DNA of 64,000 nucleotides from assembly GCA_951406725.2 (NCBI GenBank), contig OX597839.1:25854001-25918000 (forward strand). The letters run 5' to 3'. The notes under the pieces are model-generated. The model had not been told where the DNA came from. It saw only the letters and a program-made list of their open reading frames with translations, and searched no databases. Of this stretch, positions 39,836 through 52,511 are shown one piece after another (position 1 is the stretch's first letter; each line of letters opens with the position of its first letter). The translations under genes and the position numbers were made by a program. This DNA is from Octopus vulgaris (lineage: Eukaryota).

Positions 39836-40368
39836 CAGGACCGTGGGGTCGGAGTCAGTAAAACTATATTGACTCTGACTCACAATACCTTTATTCTTTA
39901 ATATAAACATAGAGGCCTACTCAGAGTACAAGCGTATGCATATGCTTTATGAGATATGCAGACCATAATCACTTGGGTGCCGAGAGTAGAGGGGTCGGAG
40001 GTGTCGAGAGTAGAGGGGTCGGAGGTGCCGAGAGTAGAGGAGTCGGAGGTGCCGAGAGTAGAGGAGTCGGAGGTGCCGAGAGTAGAGGGGTCGGAGGTGC
40101 CGAGAGTAGATGGGTCGGAGGAGCCGAGAGTAGAGGAGTCGGAGGTGCCGAGAGTAGAGGAGTCGGAGGTGCTGAGAGTAGAGGAGTCGGAGGTGCCGAG
40201 AGTAGAGGAGTCGGAGGTGCCGAGAGTAGAGGAGTCGGAGGTGCCGAGAGTAGAGGAGTCGGAGGTGCCGAGAGTAGAGGAGTCGGAGGTGCCGAGAGTA
40301 GAGGAGTCGGAGGTGCCGAGAGTAGAGGAGTCAGAGTCAAAGTTTTTTGTTTCGACTCCAGAGCCCTG
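39836..40368. mobile_element. hAT-like MITE containing a 24-bp minisatellite
   Basis: Imperfect TIRs caggaccgtggggtcg / cgactccagagccctg; 8-bp TSD cttgtgat / cttgtaat. Confidence 0.7.
39977..40337. repeat. Minisatellite, ~15 x 24 bp (ggaggtgccgagagtagaggagtc)
   Basis: Directly visible tandem units; produces the repetitive AESRGVGG ORFs. Confidence 0.95.
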
Positions 40369-41439
40369 CTTGTAATAATATGTTATATTGGGTGCCGCAA
40401 TATTTTGTCAAACTTAGAACCGGACACCAATGACATTTCTTTAATTGAATAAAAATGCATTCAGTTATTGAAAACTACATTTTCAACACTCATATATCTA
40501 CAAAATATTTCATCACCTTTTTTTTTTTGTCTCTCCAAAACCCTTCCCTACATCAGCAAAATATTTCAACAAGGATACCCCCCCACACACACACCTTCAC
40601 ACAGACACAGAAAACAAATAACACTTTTTAATGCAACTTCATTACTTTCAATTAATTATGATAAAGAGAAAACAAAAAACAAAAAACAAAAAAAAAAACT
40701 ACATATTCATATTTTTTTGAGAATTTAACATATTTGCACTTTAAAATAATTTATGACAATAAAGTGTGTGTGTGTGTGAGGGGGGAGAAGGATGGAGAGA
40801 GAGACAGACAGATCTTAGAAAATGTCACCAAATCTATTTGCTTAAAAAAAATTTTTTTTTTTTTTGCATGTGCTCTAGTTTGGTTTCCATGGTGTTAAAC
40901 AATTGAGGGATGATAACATGCTAGCTATTTTCCCCAGAAAGAAAAAAAGGTATTGTACTTATTGCTCACAAACAATTGAACCGATGGAATGTAAGAATTA
41001 AGCAATTTACACTGGATTTACATTATAATTAACAATATGTCTTTTAATTGCTGGTCATGATAAAGAGATCGTGTGGGAAGCAGAAGGCTGTCAGATGACA
41101 AGTAGAGAGCGAGTGTATGGGTGGTAGTATGCCAAGTAAAATGAACGTGAAAGAGATGATGAAATATTCATCACACTGCACTACTGTCTGGTGAGCAAGG
41201 AGAGCGAGAGGATCGAAATGAAGGTGGGTGTTGGAGTAGAGGGGTGGACTTCATGTTGCAGGATCAGAAACAGGGACAATTTTAATAAACTGGAAACTAA
41301 CAATGAATAACAAAGACATCTTTTATGAGACTTGGTTCTGCTACAAAATATTATGATAAAAGAAGCACTTCTAAAATAACGATAATTACATGTCTTGGTC
41401 TTTGAATGTTCGGTTAATAATAGTGTTATCTTTTTCGAA

Positions 41440-41948
41440 ACATCATCATCGTTTAGTGTCTGTTTTCCATGCTGGCATGGGTTGGACGGTTCAACTGGAG
41501 TCTGGGAGGCCAGAAGGCTGCACCAGGCCCAGTCTGATCTGGCAATGTTTCTACGGCTGGATGCCCTTCCTAACGCCAACCACTCCGTGAGTGTAGTGGG
41601 TGCTTTTTACGTGCCAGACGAGGCTGGCAAACGGCCACGATCGGATGGTGCTTTTTACATGCCACTGGCACAGGAGCCAGGCAAGGCTGGCAAACGGCCA
41701 CGATCGGATGGTGCTTTTTATGTACCACCGGCACGGAGGCCAGGCGAGGCTGGCAACGGCCACGATCAGATGGTGCTTTTTACATGCCACCGACACAGGG
41801 GCCAGATGAGGCTGGCAACGGCCACGATCGGATGGTGCTTTTTACGTTGCCACCAACACGAGGCCAGTCGGGGCGGCGCTGGCAACGGCCACGTTTGGAC
41901 GGTTCTCTTACGTACCACCGGCACTGGTATCACAGCTGCAATTTCCAT
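41440..41948 (-). mobile_element. Repeat family D with RTE-like (GAT)n tail and internal tandem modules
   Basis: ggcgttaggaagggcatccagc core, aacccatgccagcatggaaa..acgatgatg tail; other copies at 3835-4180, 6680-7080, 26045-26460, 33225-33475, 38685-38967, 48580-48820, 60222-60400. Confidence 0.8.
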
Positions 41949-42450
41949 TTTTTAATAAAATATTTATAACCATCATAAAATTGTTCAATGGACTAATAAA
42001 AATAACAAAAATAGTAAGTAAAAAACTTTGTTTCAATCACTAGACAACAGCCATGCTAGGGTCCCACCTTGAAGGGTCTAAGTCTAATCAATCTGCTGAA
42101 CTGCTAAGTTACAGGGCTGTAAAAACACCAACACTGGTTGTCAAGCAGTGGTGGGGGACAAACACACACACACACTGTATATATATATATATATATACGA
42201 CAGGTTTCTTTTAGTTTTTATCTACCAAATCCACTCACAAGGATTTGATTGTCCCGAGGTTACGGTAGAAGACACTTGCCCAAGATGCCACACAGATTGA
42301 ACCCAAAACCACATGGTTGGAAAGCAAACTTCTTACCACACAGCCACACCTGTACTTATAATTATACATATTGTGGATACCACAAATTCTATCTCAGCAA
42401 CTCAACTTCCATATTTTACCCACCCTTAACTAAAACTAAGAGACCACTGC

Positions 42451-42814
42451 TACATACATACATACATATACGTACGTACATACATATATATATACATAGA
42501 TACACATACATACATAGATACACATACATACACACATACATACATACACACACACATACACACACACACATACATATACGTACATACGTACATACATACA
42601 TACACGTACGTATGTACATACATACATACATATATATACATACATACACATACATACACACACATACATACACACACATACACACACACACATACACACA
42701 TACATACATACATACATACATACACATACATACACACACACACACATACATACATACATACACACACACATACATACACACACATACATACACACATACA
42801 TACACACACACACA

Positions 42815-42856
<42 letters not shown>
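42451..42856. repeat. Compound (CA)n/(TACA)n microsatellite
   Basis: Directly visible; similar TA/TG-rich tracts at 60401-60605 and 62700-63125. Confidence 0.95.
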
Positions 42857-42857
<1 letters not shown>

Positions 42858-42958
42858 GCTATATGCTCATGGTTCCTATATGACTGTCATCTTATTGAGT
42901 TTTAGTATTTTATCACCAGCCAGTCAGCCAACAAACCAACCAAGAATCCGGGTTCTAT

Positions 42959-43008
<50 letters not shown>

Positions 43009-43382
43009 AGCAATGCAACTCATAGAGAATATTGATTTTAAAAAGGTACAATCTTCCGTGAAGACAGAATGGAGCCAGGTAATATAGAATATGACTAATA
43101 CATATATTATTGATCTGAGAGAGGAAGAAAGAGAGAGAGAGAGATGAAAGAATAAAGTGACCCTGGTGAGGAAGTGATCTCCCAATTGAGAGATGGAAGA
43201 TAAAGTACTTCAGATCATTCAGTATGGTGCACAGTCAAGGACATTATTGCTTGTTTTTGTATTTGTCTAGCCTTAAATTTATATGGAATAACAACATGAG
43301 AGTGTATGACATTCATGCCTCTCTCAAAGACATTAGAAAATGGAAGCAAAACAGGGTTGACTCAATGTGGATTGTTCTGATA

Positions 43383-43612
43383 TTAACCCTTTAGTGTTCG
43401 CATTATTCTACCAAAATTAATGCTTCTTCATCTACATTGTTTTAAACTAATCATTCATTAATCTTGTAGCTATGAGATTCTAATGAGGTAACTGTTAATT
43501 TTTGAAACGATATTGTAGGGTTGGTGTGAGAGACCAGATCTGGCCAGTTTGAACATAAAACAGGCAGAATACTTTTGGCCGGATATGGCCGGTTTGAATG
43601 CTAAAGGGTTAA
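43383..43612. mobile_element. TTAA MITE (family of 36003, reverse orientation; another copy at ~63505-63710)
   Basis: ttaaccctttagtg ... gctaaagggttaa. Confidence 0.75.
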
Positions 43613-43820
43613 TGAGGCCTTGCATCTAGTTCAGACAATACTGACAACTGACAGAAGGTCAAGGTGCAAGGCGAAATTTTTTATAGCAGTGGGTTTGGAT
43701 GAAGAGGAGATGGTATGGTTTTAATGAGGCAGGAAATAGAGCATCCAGGAATCACAGTCTAAGACTGTAGAAATTGATAGGGGCAGTGTATGGTTTCAAC
43801 CTCTATAAGTCAGTGCCTAT

Positions 43821-44047
43821 GGGCATATGGCATAGTGGTTAAGATTGCAGGCTACTAACCCCAAGATTCCGAGTTTGATTCCAGGCAGTGACCTGAATAA
43901 GAATAACATTGAAAAATACCTCAGGAATGAGAACCCAGGTTCGAAATTTTCCCAAGACAACTGATGAAGGCTGGAGGGTATATCAGCCAAAACAGTGTGT
44001 TAACAACAAAGATGAGGACAAATATCCGTCGAATGTAAATAATGTAT
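43821..44047 (+). mobile_element. tRNA-headed SINE with Penelope-like tail bearing a degenerate hammerhead
   Basis: A box tggcatagtggtt, B box gagtttgattcc; tail ctgatga-a-ggctg-N10-cagcc-aaaac. Confidence 0.55.
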
Positions 44048-44585
44048 TAGGTTCTAGGTTCAATATTACTTCATGGCATCTTGGGTAAATGTCAATTACT
44101 AGAGCCTTGGGGCAAAACTGAGCAGACAAAAAAAAAACAAGCTCATTGGGTGGATTCTATATACAATTCAAATGGTATGGCCTTATCACAAGGAGGCAAT
44201 GACAAACGACCTGAGACCTTTCGCAAATATGTTGTGCTTGAGAAGAAGACCCACCAAGCCAAGTGAAATTGTAGTCGTGGCAGATACTGGTGTCACACAT
44301 CTGGCGGCTGTGCCACCAGTGGCACATAAAAGCACAAATGGTTGACGTTAGGAAGGGCATGCAGCTGTAGAAACCATGCCAAACCAGATGAGTCTGGCAC
44401 CAGCCCCGGTAACCGTCCAACCCCATTGTTGAACGGCAGAGATTTACCAGAACATGAAGTGGAGGTTTCCAATTGTAAACTGGGAGAACAAAGCTATTTT
44501 TGTTTGTTGTAAGCTGATCCAGAGAGTCAAGGTAATAAATGCTCCACTGTGTAAAGACCTCCAAAAATAAAAGCTAGGTGCGTGC

Positions 44586-44616
<31 letters not shown>

Positions 44617-44617
<1 letters not shown>

Positions 44618-44829
44618 AGGGTGGCCAAAAAGTAGGTTTACAGTTATCACATAGGTACTTCAAATTTCTTTTAAAACATTTCATTACATTTAAATTCCTA
44701 TCTTACAATTAACTAAATTAGAATAGAATAATGGTTTCCTATTTTTTTTATAATTAAGATCAAAACTGTTAATATATGAATGCAAAAGAGATTGTTGAAT
44801 AACTGTAAACTTACTTTTGGGCCACCCTG
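44617..44829. mobile_element. Tc1/mariner-type MITE
   Basis: TIRs cagggtggccaaaaagtaggtttacagttat / ataactgtaaacttacttttgggccaccctg; TA on the left flank. Confidence 0.75.
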
Positions 44830-44857
44830 TGTGTGTAAATATATATAAATATATATA

Positions 44858-45047
44858 TATTATATTAAATTAGAGATAAAACTACTATTAGGCAAATAAA
44901 GTGAAAATCATAAGTCAATAGAAATAAAATTAATTAATAAATAAATATATATATATTTTATTAATTAATTTTATTTCTATGTATTGGCTTATGATTTTCA
45001 CTGTTTGATTTGCCTAATAGTGGTTTTATCTCTAATTTAATATAATA
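44858..45047. repeat. Long AT-rich imperfect palindrome (~85-bp arms)
   Basis: tatattaaattagagataaaactactattaggcaaat...aaaattaattaataa mirrored by ttattaattaatttt...tttgcctaatagtggttttatctctaatttaatata. Confidence 0.8.
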
Positions 45048-45133
45048 TAATATAATATATTTATACTATAAAATTAGATTTAATCCTAAATCTAATTTTT
45101 CCCTGTAAGTTTGGATTTACTCCCTAATATTAT

Positions 45134-45186
<53 letters not shown>

Positions 45187-45814
45187 TACATGCAAGTATT
45201 AGATATACTTTTGTGTGTATGTTTAATATGTATGTATATATCTAGGTTTAAGTACATACATGATATTTTTGCATATATACATATACATAAACATATATAT
45301 ATATATGTATATACAGGCATAGCATATATAGCCACAAATAGCAAATGTCAAAGACTTCCATTTTCCTTGAATGTCAAGCTAAATACACCTTGTTTGTTGT
45401 TGCCTCACCTGTCTGCCTTTTTTGTATAATTTTGAACAATATATGCATACATACATGCACACAGGTATGGTGTATGTATATATAGGTACAGTAAGTATAT
45501 ACAGTGTGTGTGTGTGTAAGTATTGTGTACATAGACATTGATATAGTAAGTACACATACAATAGCATACAAGTATAGTGTGTGTGTGTGTGTGTATGTAT
45601 CTTATCTTTTACTTGTTTCAGCCATTAAACTGCGGCCATACTGGGGCATCGCCTTGAATTTACAGTCAAGTATATTGACCCAGTACTTTTTTGTTTTTTT
45701 TTAAAGCCTGATACTTATTCTATCGATCTCTTTTACCAAACTGCTAAGTCACGGAGACATAAACATACCAACACCAGTTACTGAGCAGTGGGGTGGAGTG
45801 GGGGACAGACGCAG

Positions 45815-45868
<54 letters not shown>

Positions 45869-46132
45869 CTTGTACCGTTTTCTCTCTCACCCTCTCTCCT
45901 ATTCCTTAGTCCCTCTGCCCTCTTCAACCCCTCCCCTCCCCTACCACGTGGTTGCTGTCCAGTTTAGGCATTGTTGTCCTTTTTGGGCAGGCCGCCATTG
46001 AGCTCAGCCATGTCTGTTCTGTTCTGTCCTGCAACCTGGTCAGTTAAGATTTTATAAAGATTTTTTCCCCATTTTCTTTGCTCTAGCTTACTACATTTGT
46101 TTGTTTTGTTTTGTTGTTGTTGTAATTGTATG

Positions 46133-46513
46133 GAAGCACTCCGTCGGTTACGACGACGAGGGTTCCGGTTGATCCGAATCAACGGAACAGCCTGCTCGTG
46201 AAATTAACGTGTAAGTGGCTGAGCACTCCACAGACATGTGTACCCTTAACGTAGTTCTCGGGGATATTCAGCATGACACAGAGAGTGACAAGGCCGGCCC
46301 TTTGAAATACAGGTACAACAGAAACAGGAAGTAAGAGTGAGAGAAAGTTGTGGTGAAAGAGTACAGCAGGGATCACCACCATCCCTGCCGGAGCCTCGTG
46401 GAGCTTTTAGGTGTTTTCGCTCAATAAACACTCACAACACCCGGTCTGGGAATCGAAACCGCGATCCTACGACCGCGAGTCCGCTGCCCTAACCACTGGG
46501 CCATTGCGCCTCC
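46133..46513 (-). mobile_element. SINE family B, tail type 2 (also + copies at 10845-11170 and 17853-18178)
   Basis: Same head as 22769; tail ...gtcgtaaccgacggagtgcttcca. Confidence 0.8.
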
Positions 46514-47355
46514 TGTAATTGTATAATTATCTCCCTTTTGTTGCATGGCCGAAACATGCTTGTCCATTGTGTAAGTATAATTCTATTTCATATGTTACGT
46601 TCGTCCGATAGACGAAAGACCTTTTTTGTTGTTCACTTACTTGTTCTTGTAAATGTACATTCGTTTGCCTTGCCCAGGGGCTTAATGCTTTTAGCTTGAG
46701 TCCTCGACCCAGCCGATTTCAAGTAGTATCAGAAAAGGGCAAAACTACACGGACATTCCAAATTTCGACCGAGGAAGCAATTGGCTGCAAATGATCCGTG
46801 ACCTGTTTGTCATTGTTGTGCTTTTGTCCTTTTCCTGCATGGGAGCCAGTCCAGTGACACTGGCAACGATCACGCTCGAATGGTACTTTTTACGTGCCAC
46901 TGGGGTCTGGGAAATATTTCCCGGTTTCACAAACAACAATCCTGGATTTTCAAACTTGCTGTTTGGATAATTTCAGAAGGAAAAGCACAAAATATTTTGT
47001 TTTTATGTTTAAACCGGCCAGATCTGGCCTCTTACACCTACCCTACAATGCCATTCTAAAAATAAACAATGACATCACCGAAATCTCAAAGCTATGAAAT
47101 AATGCCTGATGAATTCAAGACAATATGAATAAATAAGCATTACAAATTGACAGAGTAATCTAAATGCTAAACAGTTAATAAAGACAAAATTATATTACTA
47201 AATACTTCGTTATTTTCAAAATTAATTGAGAAAGAAATATGGTAACAAAAAAACTTAACCAAGAGTTGTTATTTCAATTTCAACCCCATGCCAGCTCGGA
47301 TCAACGGCATTCCAACTGTGATCGTCCCCCATTTTTTCGGACAGTCACTCTAAGA

Positions 47356-47623
47356 CAGTAGTTCCCAAACATTTTCAGGCCACATTTCTGGTGCCCCCTT
47401 TCACTCTCCCCACCACAAATAGAGACCAGTTTCTGCAGCAAATTCAAAACTGTATTTCACAAATAAAACTTAAACGTAATTAACCTATTAATATTTCTTT
47501 TTTTACATCTATCTCCCCATTTTGGCCACCCCATTATCATCTCACTTTTCTTCAACGCCCCCTGCCCACCCAATCTTTCAACTGTCCCCAAGGGGACAGT
47601 ACTGCCCACTTTGGGAACCACTG
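47356..47623. mobile_element. hAT/Charlie-like MITE
   Basis: cagtagttcccaaa ... tttgggaaccactg TIRs. Confidence 0.55.
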
Positions 47624-49111
47624 CTCTAGTGCTACACAAGCTAAAAGTGTGTCTCTGTCTAGGCCAACCGAAACATCCTTTCTTTGATGAGATGATAACG
47701 TGTAATGTCAGCATGATTTGTTGACTAGTTCTGGCACATTAAGGGACCACATTGAAACCCCTCAGATGGTCCATTTAACCTCAAAGCTATCAGACAATAA
47801 ATGATTAATTAGAAACAAAGAGAATAATTAAACCTTGCATTCGACAGAGTAAACCGAATGCCAAAGAGTTAATCAAAGGTTATGATGCAATTTTTTGCTA
47901 AAGTATTGTATTTCTGTAGAGCATAACTGAAATTCCAATACAAACCTCTGTGTATGTGTGTGTATGGTGTGTGTGTAGCCACTGGCTAGGCGTATTGCAC
48001 TCATATTTGGCAGATTGCGGTTTTGATTTCCAGGCTGAATGGGGGTGTGTTTTTTTTTTGAGCAGGGACATGTTTCCTAGCACTCCGGTTCGCTCAGTTG
48101 TAAAATGGGTCACCCTGCAATGGAGTGGCCTTCCGATCAGGGAGAATGTTATCCTGTTTGACTAGCCAGCAGAGTGGCATCATTCAAAAGGTGAAAATGA
48201 TGCAAAGCGCACTGTGGCCAGCAATGTGTAACAACATCCAATAGTCTGGTTGAACACATGATATATAAATATATATATATAAACAAAGAGATGCTGTATT
48301 TTTGTTACACAACCATTGCATACTACCAAGTATACTAAAGGCTTTACAAGTTGATACTGTGTCCTACCTGTGTTAGCCGTGCGATTTAATTTCTTTTTGA
48401 AGTTATCTCTTCATATTTTCTATAGAAATTAGAGTGAGGACTTGACATCTGCATTTCCATTCTTGCATGGGTCAGACAGAGTTCAGTGGGGGCAAATACA
48501 CACACACACATTTCTTTGGAATAATTTTTTCAGAGATAAATATCAAATGGAAATTGACTGGCTTCTATGCCTGTGACATGTAAAAGGCACCAACCGATCG
48601 TGGCTGCTGCCAGACTCCCTTGGCCCCTGTGCCAGTGGCACGTAAAAAGCACCCACTACACTCATGGGGTGATTGACGTTAGGAAGGGCATCCAGCTGTA
48701 GAAACATTGCCAGATCAGACTGGAGCCTGGTGCAGCCTCCTGGCTTTCAGACCCCGGTCGAACCGTCCAACCCATGCTAGCATGGAAAACGGACGTTAAA
48801 CGATGATGATGATGATGATGAAATGCATTTTTCATTGATAGAAAAAGCTGATACAACTGGCTGCCTCTATCATTATTTGATTAGAGAAAATGAGAGAAAG
48901 AGAGAGTAAGCGAAAACGAGAGAGAGAAAATGAAAAAGAGAAAAACGAGAGAGAGAGAGAGAGAGAGAAAACAAGTGAGAGAGAGAGAGAGAGAGAGAGA
49001 TCCCTCAATATTAATTCAGGTGATGCTTGTTCATCTGTTTTATTTTAATTTTAAATTAAATTAGAGAAGCTGAAACTGCATAACTAATTTATGGAATTGA
49101 AGTCCACTTAC

Positions 49112-49243
49112 AAAATACACTGCGCCAAAACTGCCATGGCCAATCTCTCTCAGTTCCGTAAAAACTTTTTCCGGATCTTCCAAGCTGAAGAGAGCTGCAG
49201 TTTCAGGGTCCTTTAGGCTTCCTGGCTTTGGTAGGGAAGGCAT
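49112..49243 (-). CDS. TAOK1: TAO kinase coding exon 1 (start codon, Gly-rich loop)
   Basis: [44 protein letters not shown] is a typical TAO N-terminus; 132 nt; donor TTT|GTAAGT at 49111, phase 0. Confidence 0.96.
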
Positions 49244-49340
49244 GATGTCAGCTCCTAACTACCTGCGGTCTCGGTGTGAAGATAGACACAACACGTTCTG
49301 TACATTCATTTATTTTAGCATCCACATATGATTCATCAAC
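49244..49340 (-). promoter_or_regulatory. 5'UTR part of the ATG exon, containing uORFs
   Basis: Long poly-pyrimidine tract ending TTTAAAG| at 49341; 97 nt upstream of the main ATG with five upstream ATGs. Confidence 0.7.
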
Positions 49341-49555
49341 CTTTAAAAAGAAAAAAAAGAAAAAAAAAAGAAAAGAAATTAATTATTTTACAAATTAATC
49401 ATTTTAATTTTAAATTTACAACTTAAATCACAGTGATAACGAGGCATCAGTCTGGACAGCTGTACACAAAATTATTTCAATGATAAAGAAAACAGAATAC
49501 ATTATCTGTATGCATACATACATACAAACGAAGGGATCTTGAAAAGTTCCTGGCT

Positions 49556-49782
49556 TTAACCCTTTAGTATTTAAACCGGCCATATCCGGCCAAAATAGCT
49601 AATCTGTGTTATGTTCAAACTGACCAGATCCAGGCTCTCACACCTACCCTACAATGTTATTCTACATTAAGTAATTACACCATCAAGATCTTGAAGATAT
49701 GAGAAAATGCATGATTAATTCAAATCAATGGGAATCAATAAGCATTATGTTTGATAGAATAATCTGAACACTAAAGGGTTAA
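49556..49782. mobile_element. piggyBac-type TTAA MITE nested in a mariner-like MITE
   Basis: TTAA TSD and CCC/GGG ends; host element ~49528-49970 has imperfect TIRs (gaaaagttcctggc / gtcagggactttcc). Confidence 0.75.
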
Positions 49783-50758
49783 GGGCATTGCAAAAGGGCT
49801 GGACGAAGGCCCAACCTTCCTAGTTCTCTTACAGGGCTTAAAAAACTGAACTGCTGCAATAAGTGTGTGAATTTGAGAGGGGAATATGTTGAATAAAATC
49901 ATAATTAACTGATCCTCCTGTATTTTTCTTTTACCCGAAGTCAGGGACTTTCCAGCCTCCACCCCCCTTGTACATACGTACACAACAGTTTATCTACCTG
50001 TATGCCAGACTTTCTGATCCATCTGGAATACCTCTACTGTGGCCCTTTCCTCTCCCCCACCACATCACTCCAGCATCTTCTGGCTAGCAGCCAAAGCAAC
50101 AACAGCACTTGCTGTTCCTTACACATTGGCAGACAAAGAGCAAATTGCGAGATTTCTCACTCCTAATGGCATCTGAACTCCCTTCATATATGTGTGTGTG
50201 TGTGTGTTTGTGCCTTCACACACACACACACACACATCGACATGAAAAATTGGAGTGCAAAATGGAAGCAGTAAATGGAAAAGGACAACGGACAAAGAAA
50301 CATGGAAATCCGTCCATCAGCCATGGAGACCCAACCGAGTAGAGATCCAGCTAGTTCAGAGTGTCCAAAGTCTTCAAGTTGCAGGGTAACTACTCCTCCG
50401 GTTGTGTCAGTGATAAGACAAATATCACTGGAGGTGATGGGCAGATAAGGACCGAAAATGAAGCACAACAACATACAAGGGAGGAAGAAAACTATAGGCA
50501 GAAACAATGCGAGAAAAATGCACATGTAATTTGCGCAAAAAAAGCCGGCTGGCTTGAAATAATGCCACAAAATGGGACGGTTGGGCAAGTTGTTTTGAGA
50601 AAATTTGGCTTAAATGTTTGACAACTCAGCACCGGCCATTGGACGGGGGGGGGGGCGTTTTGCTCGTATATATTTATAATAAAAAGTGACAACAAAAGAA
50701 TGAGACCTTGAGTACTATAATGACAACTTACTGTTCGTTCTAAATTATAACATGTATA

Positions 50759-50813
<55 letters not shown>

Positions 50814-51056
50814 GTCTGGAAAACATTATCATGGAAGAAGAGTGGAGGGTAGTAGATCAAAAGACAGGTAAAGTATACAAGGTCAAGAGCTAATTGGACA
50901 AGAGCAGCAAGGTAACTGGAGAACCCGTGCTTAATCAGGAAGCTTTTCATTGTAGAATCAAAAATATGCGACACACACACACACACACACAAGTGGTGAA
51001 ATGAGATATATAAATTTCTAGCTATAAGATAAAGGTGAAAGGACAAGATGGATATG

Positions 51057-51358
<302 letters not shown>

Positions 51359-51781
51359 ATCAAGAGCAAAGTGTCCTACTTCAAAATCATAATTCCTATC
51401 AATAGAATTCCGCAGACACAGTCCACCTAGCTGCAAGGAACTGATATCAGATCTCAGAAAATTCTGAGCGATAAAGCTAACATTTGTACCCAGAGGGAGA
51501 TCTAGCCTTCATTTATTTAAACCTGCTGCTAATGAGTGTGAAGGCAAGATATTTGCATAATAGAAATTGACAGACAACCAGTAATTCTGAGGAATTCTCA
51601 CCACCAGTCAGAAGATATGATAATTTATTAGCAGCAACGGTAAAACCAGTTGATCCTAATCAGTTAACGAGATTACGCAGTTAAAATATGAACAAATGCC
51701 TGCAAATATCGTTGAAGTTGAAATACGGTTCTTCATGTTTAATTACCATTTAGAGTAATTCCAGTTGTGTTTTAGTACAGA

Positions 51782-52157
51782 CTAGCAGTATCGCCCGGCG
51801 TTGCTCGGGTTTGTAAGAGAAATAACTATAAAGCATTTTTAGAGAGTTATAGCCAAAAAATAGCAAAAAAATGGGGGGGAAAATCATGGTAAATTTCTTT
51901 TTGAGAGTTAAAAAGGTCGAGTTGCGTCCCCTAGACAGTCTGTGTTTCTGATTCTTGACCCCATGTCGAATTTATCGATTTTTTTCAGAACTGGGGGAAC
52001 TTTTCAAAATTTTCGCTGCGTTAGTTTTGAATTATGACATTGGGCTATGTGTGTATCAAGTTTCATCAGAATCGGTTGAAAGCCGTGGTCAGGGTGAGGG
52101 TACAACCTGACAGCCACACAGACAGACAAACTGCCGTTTATATGAAGAGAGAAGAGA
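51782..52157 (-). mobile_element. Non-autonomous Helitron-like element
   Basis: Reverse complement ends cccgagcaacgccgggcgatactgCTAG|T; 3' ~80 bp shared with 37675-38061, different 5' part. Confidence 0.7.
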
Positions 52158-52468
52158 TAAAATAAAAAGAAATAAAATAACAAAACTGTCTTCATAGTCT
52201 CATCAACTAAGCATGATTACTAATCATCGTTTAAGCAGACTGATATTTGGTGAATACCATCAAATTCGGTATTTGTGTGTTACTTAACGAGATTATATTT
52301 TCAGTTTTTCTTCTTTTTTTTCTTCTTTTTTGTTGAGATCTGGCCACACTTAAGATACGAAATGAAAACATAACTTCACCAAAAAATGCCAGAGCCAACT
52401 GCCATTAACCAACAAGTTCCACCATTACGAAGAAAGTGGGTTAAAAATGGATTAATTCTAAAGTCTGC

Positions 52469-52511
<43 letters not shown>

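Noticed and set aside
39949-40452. Repetitive ORFs (AESRGVGG)n / (PPTPLLSA)n as mucin-like protein
   Set aside because: A 24-bp stop-free minisatellite inside a MITE; no splice signals or flanking coding sequence
42249-42905. His/Thr- and Cys/Val-rich ORFs (also 60341-60823 and 62546-63148)
   Set aside because: Dinucleotide and tetranucleotide microsatellite artefacts
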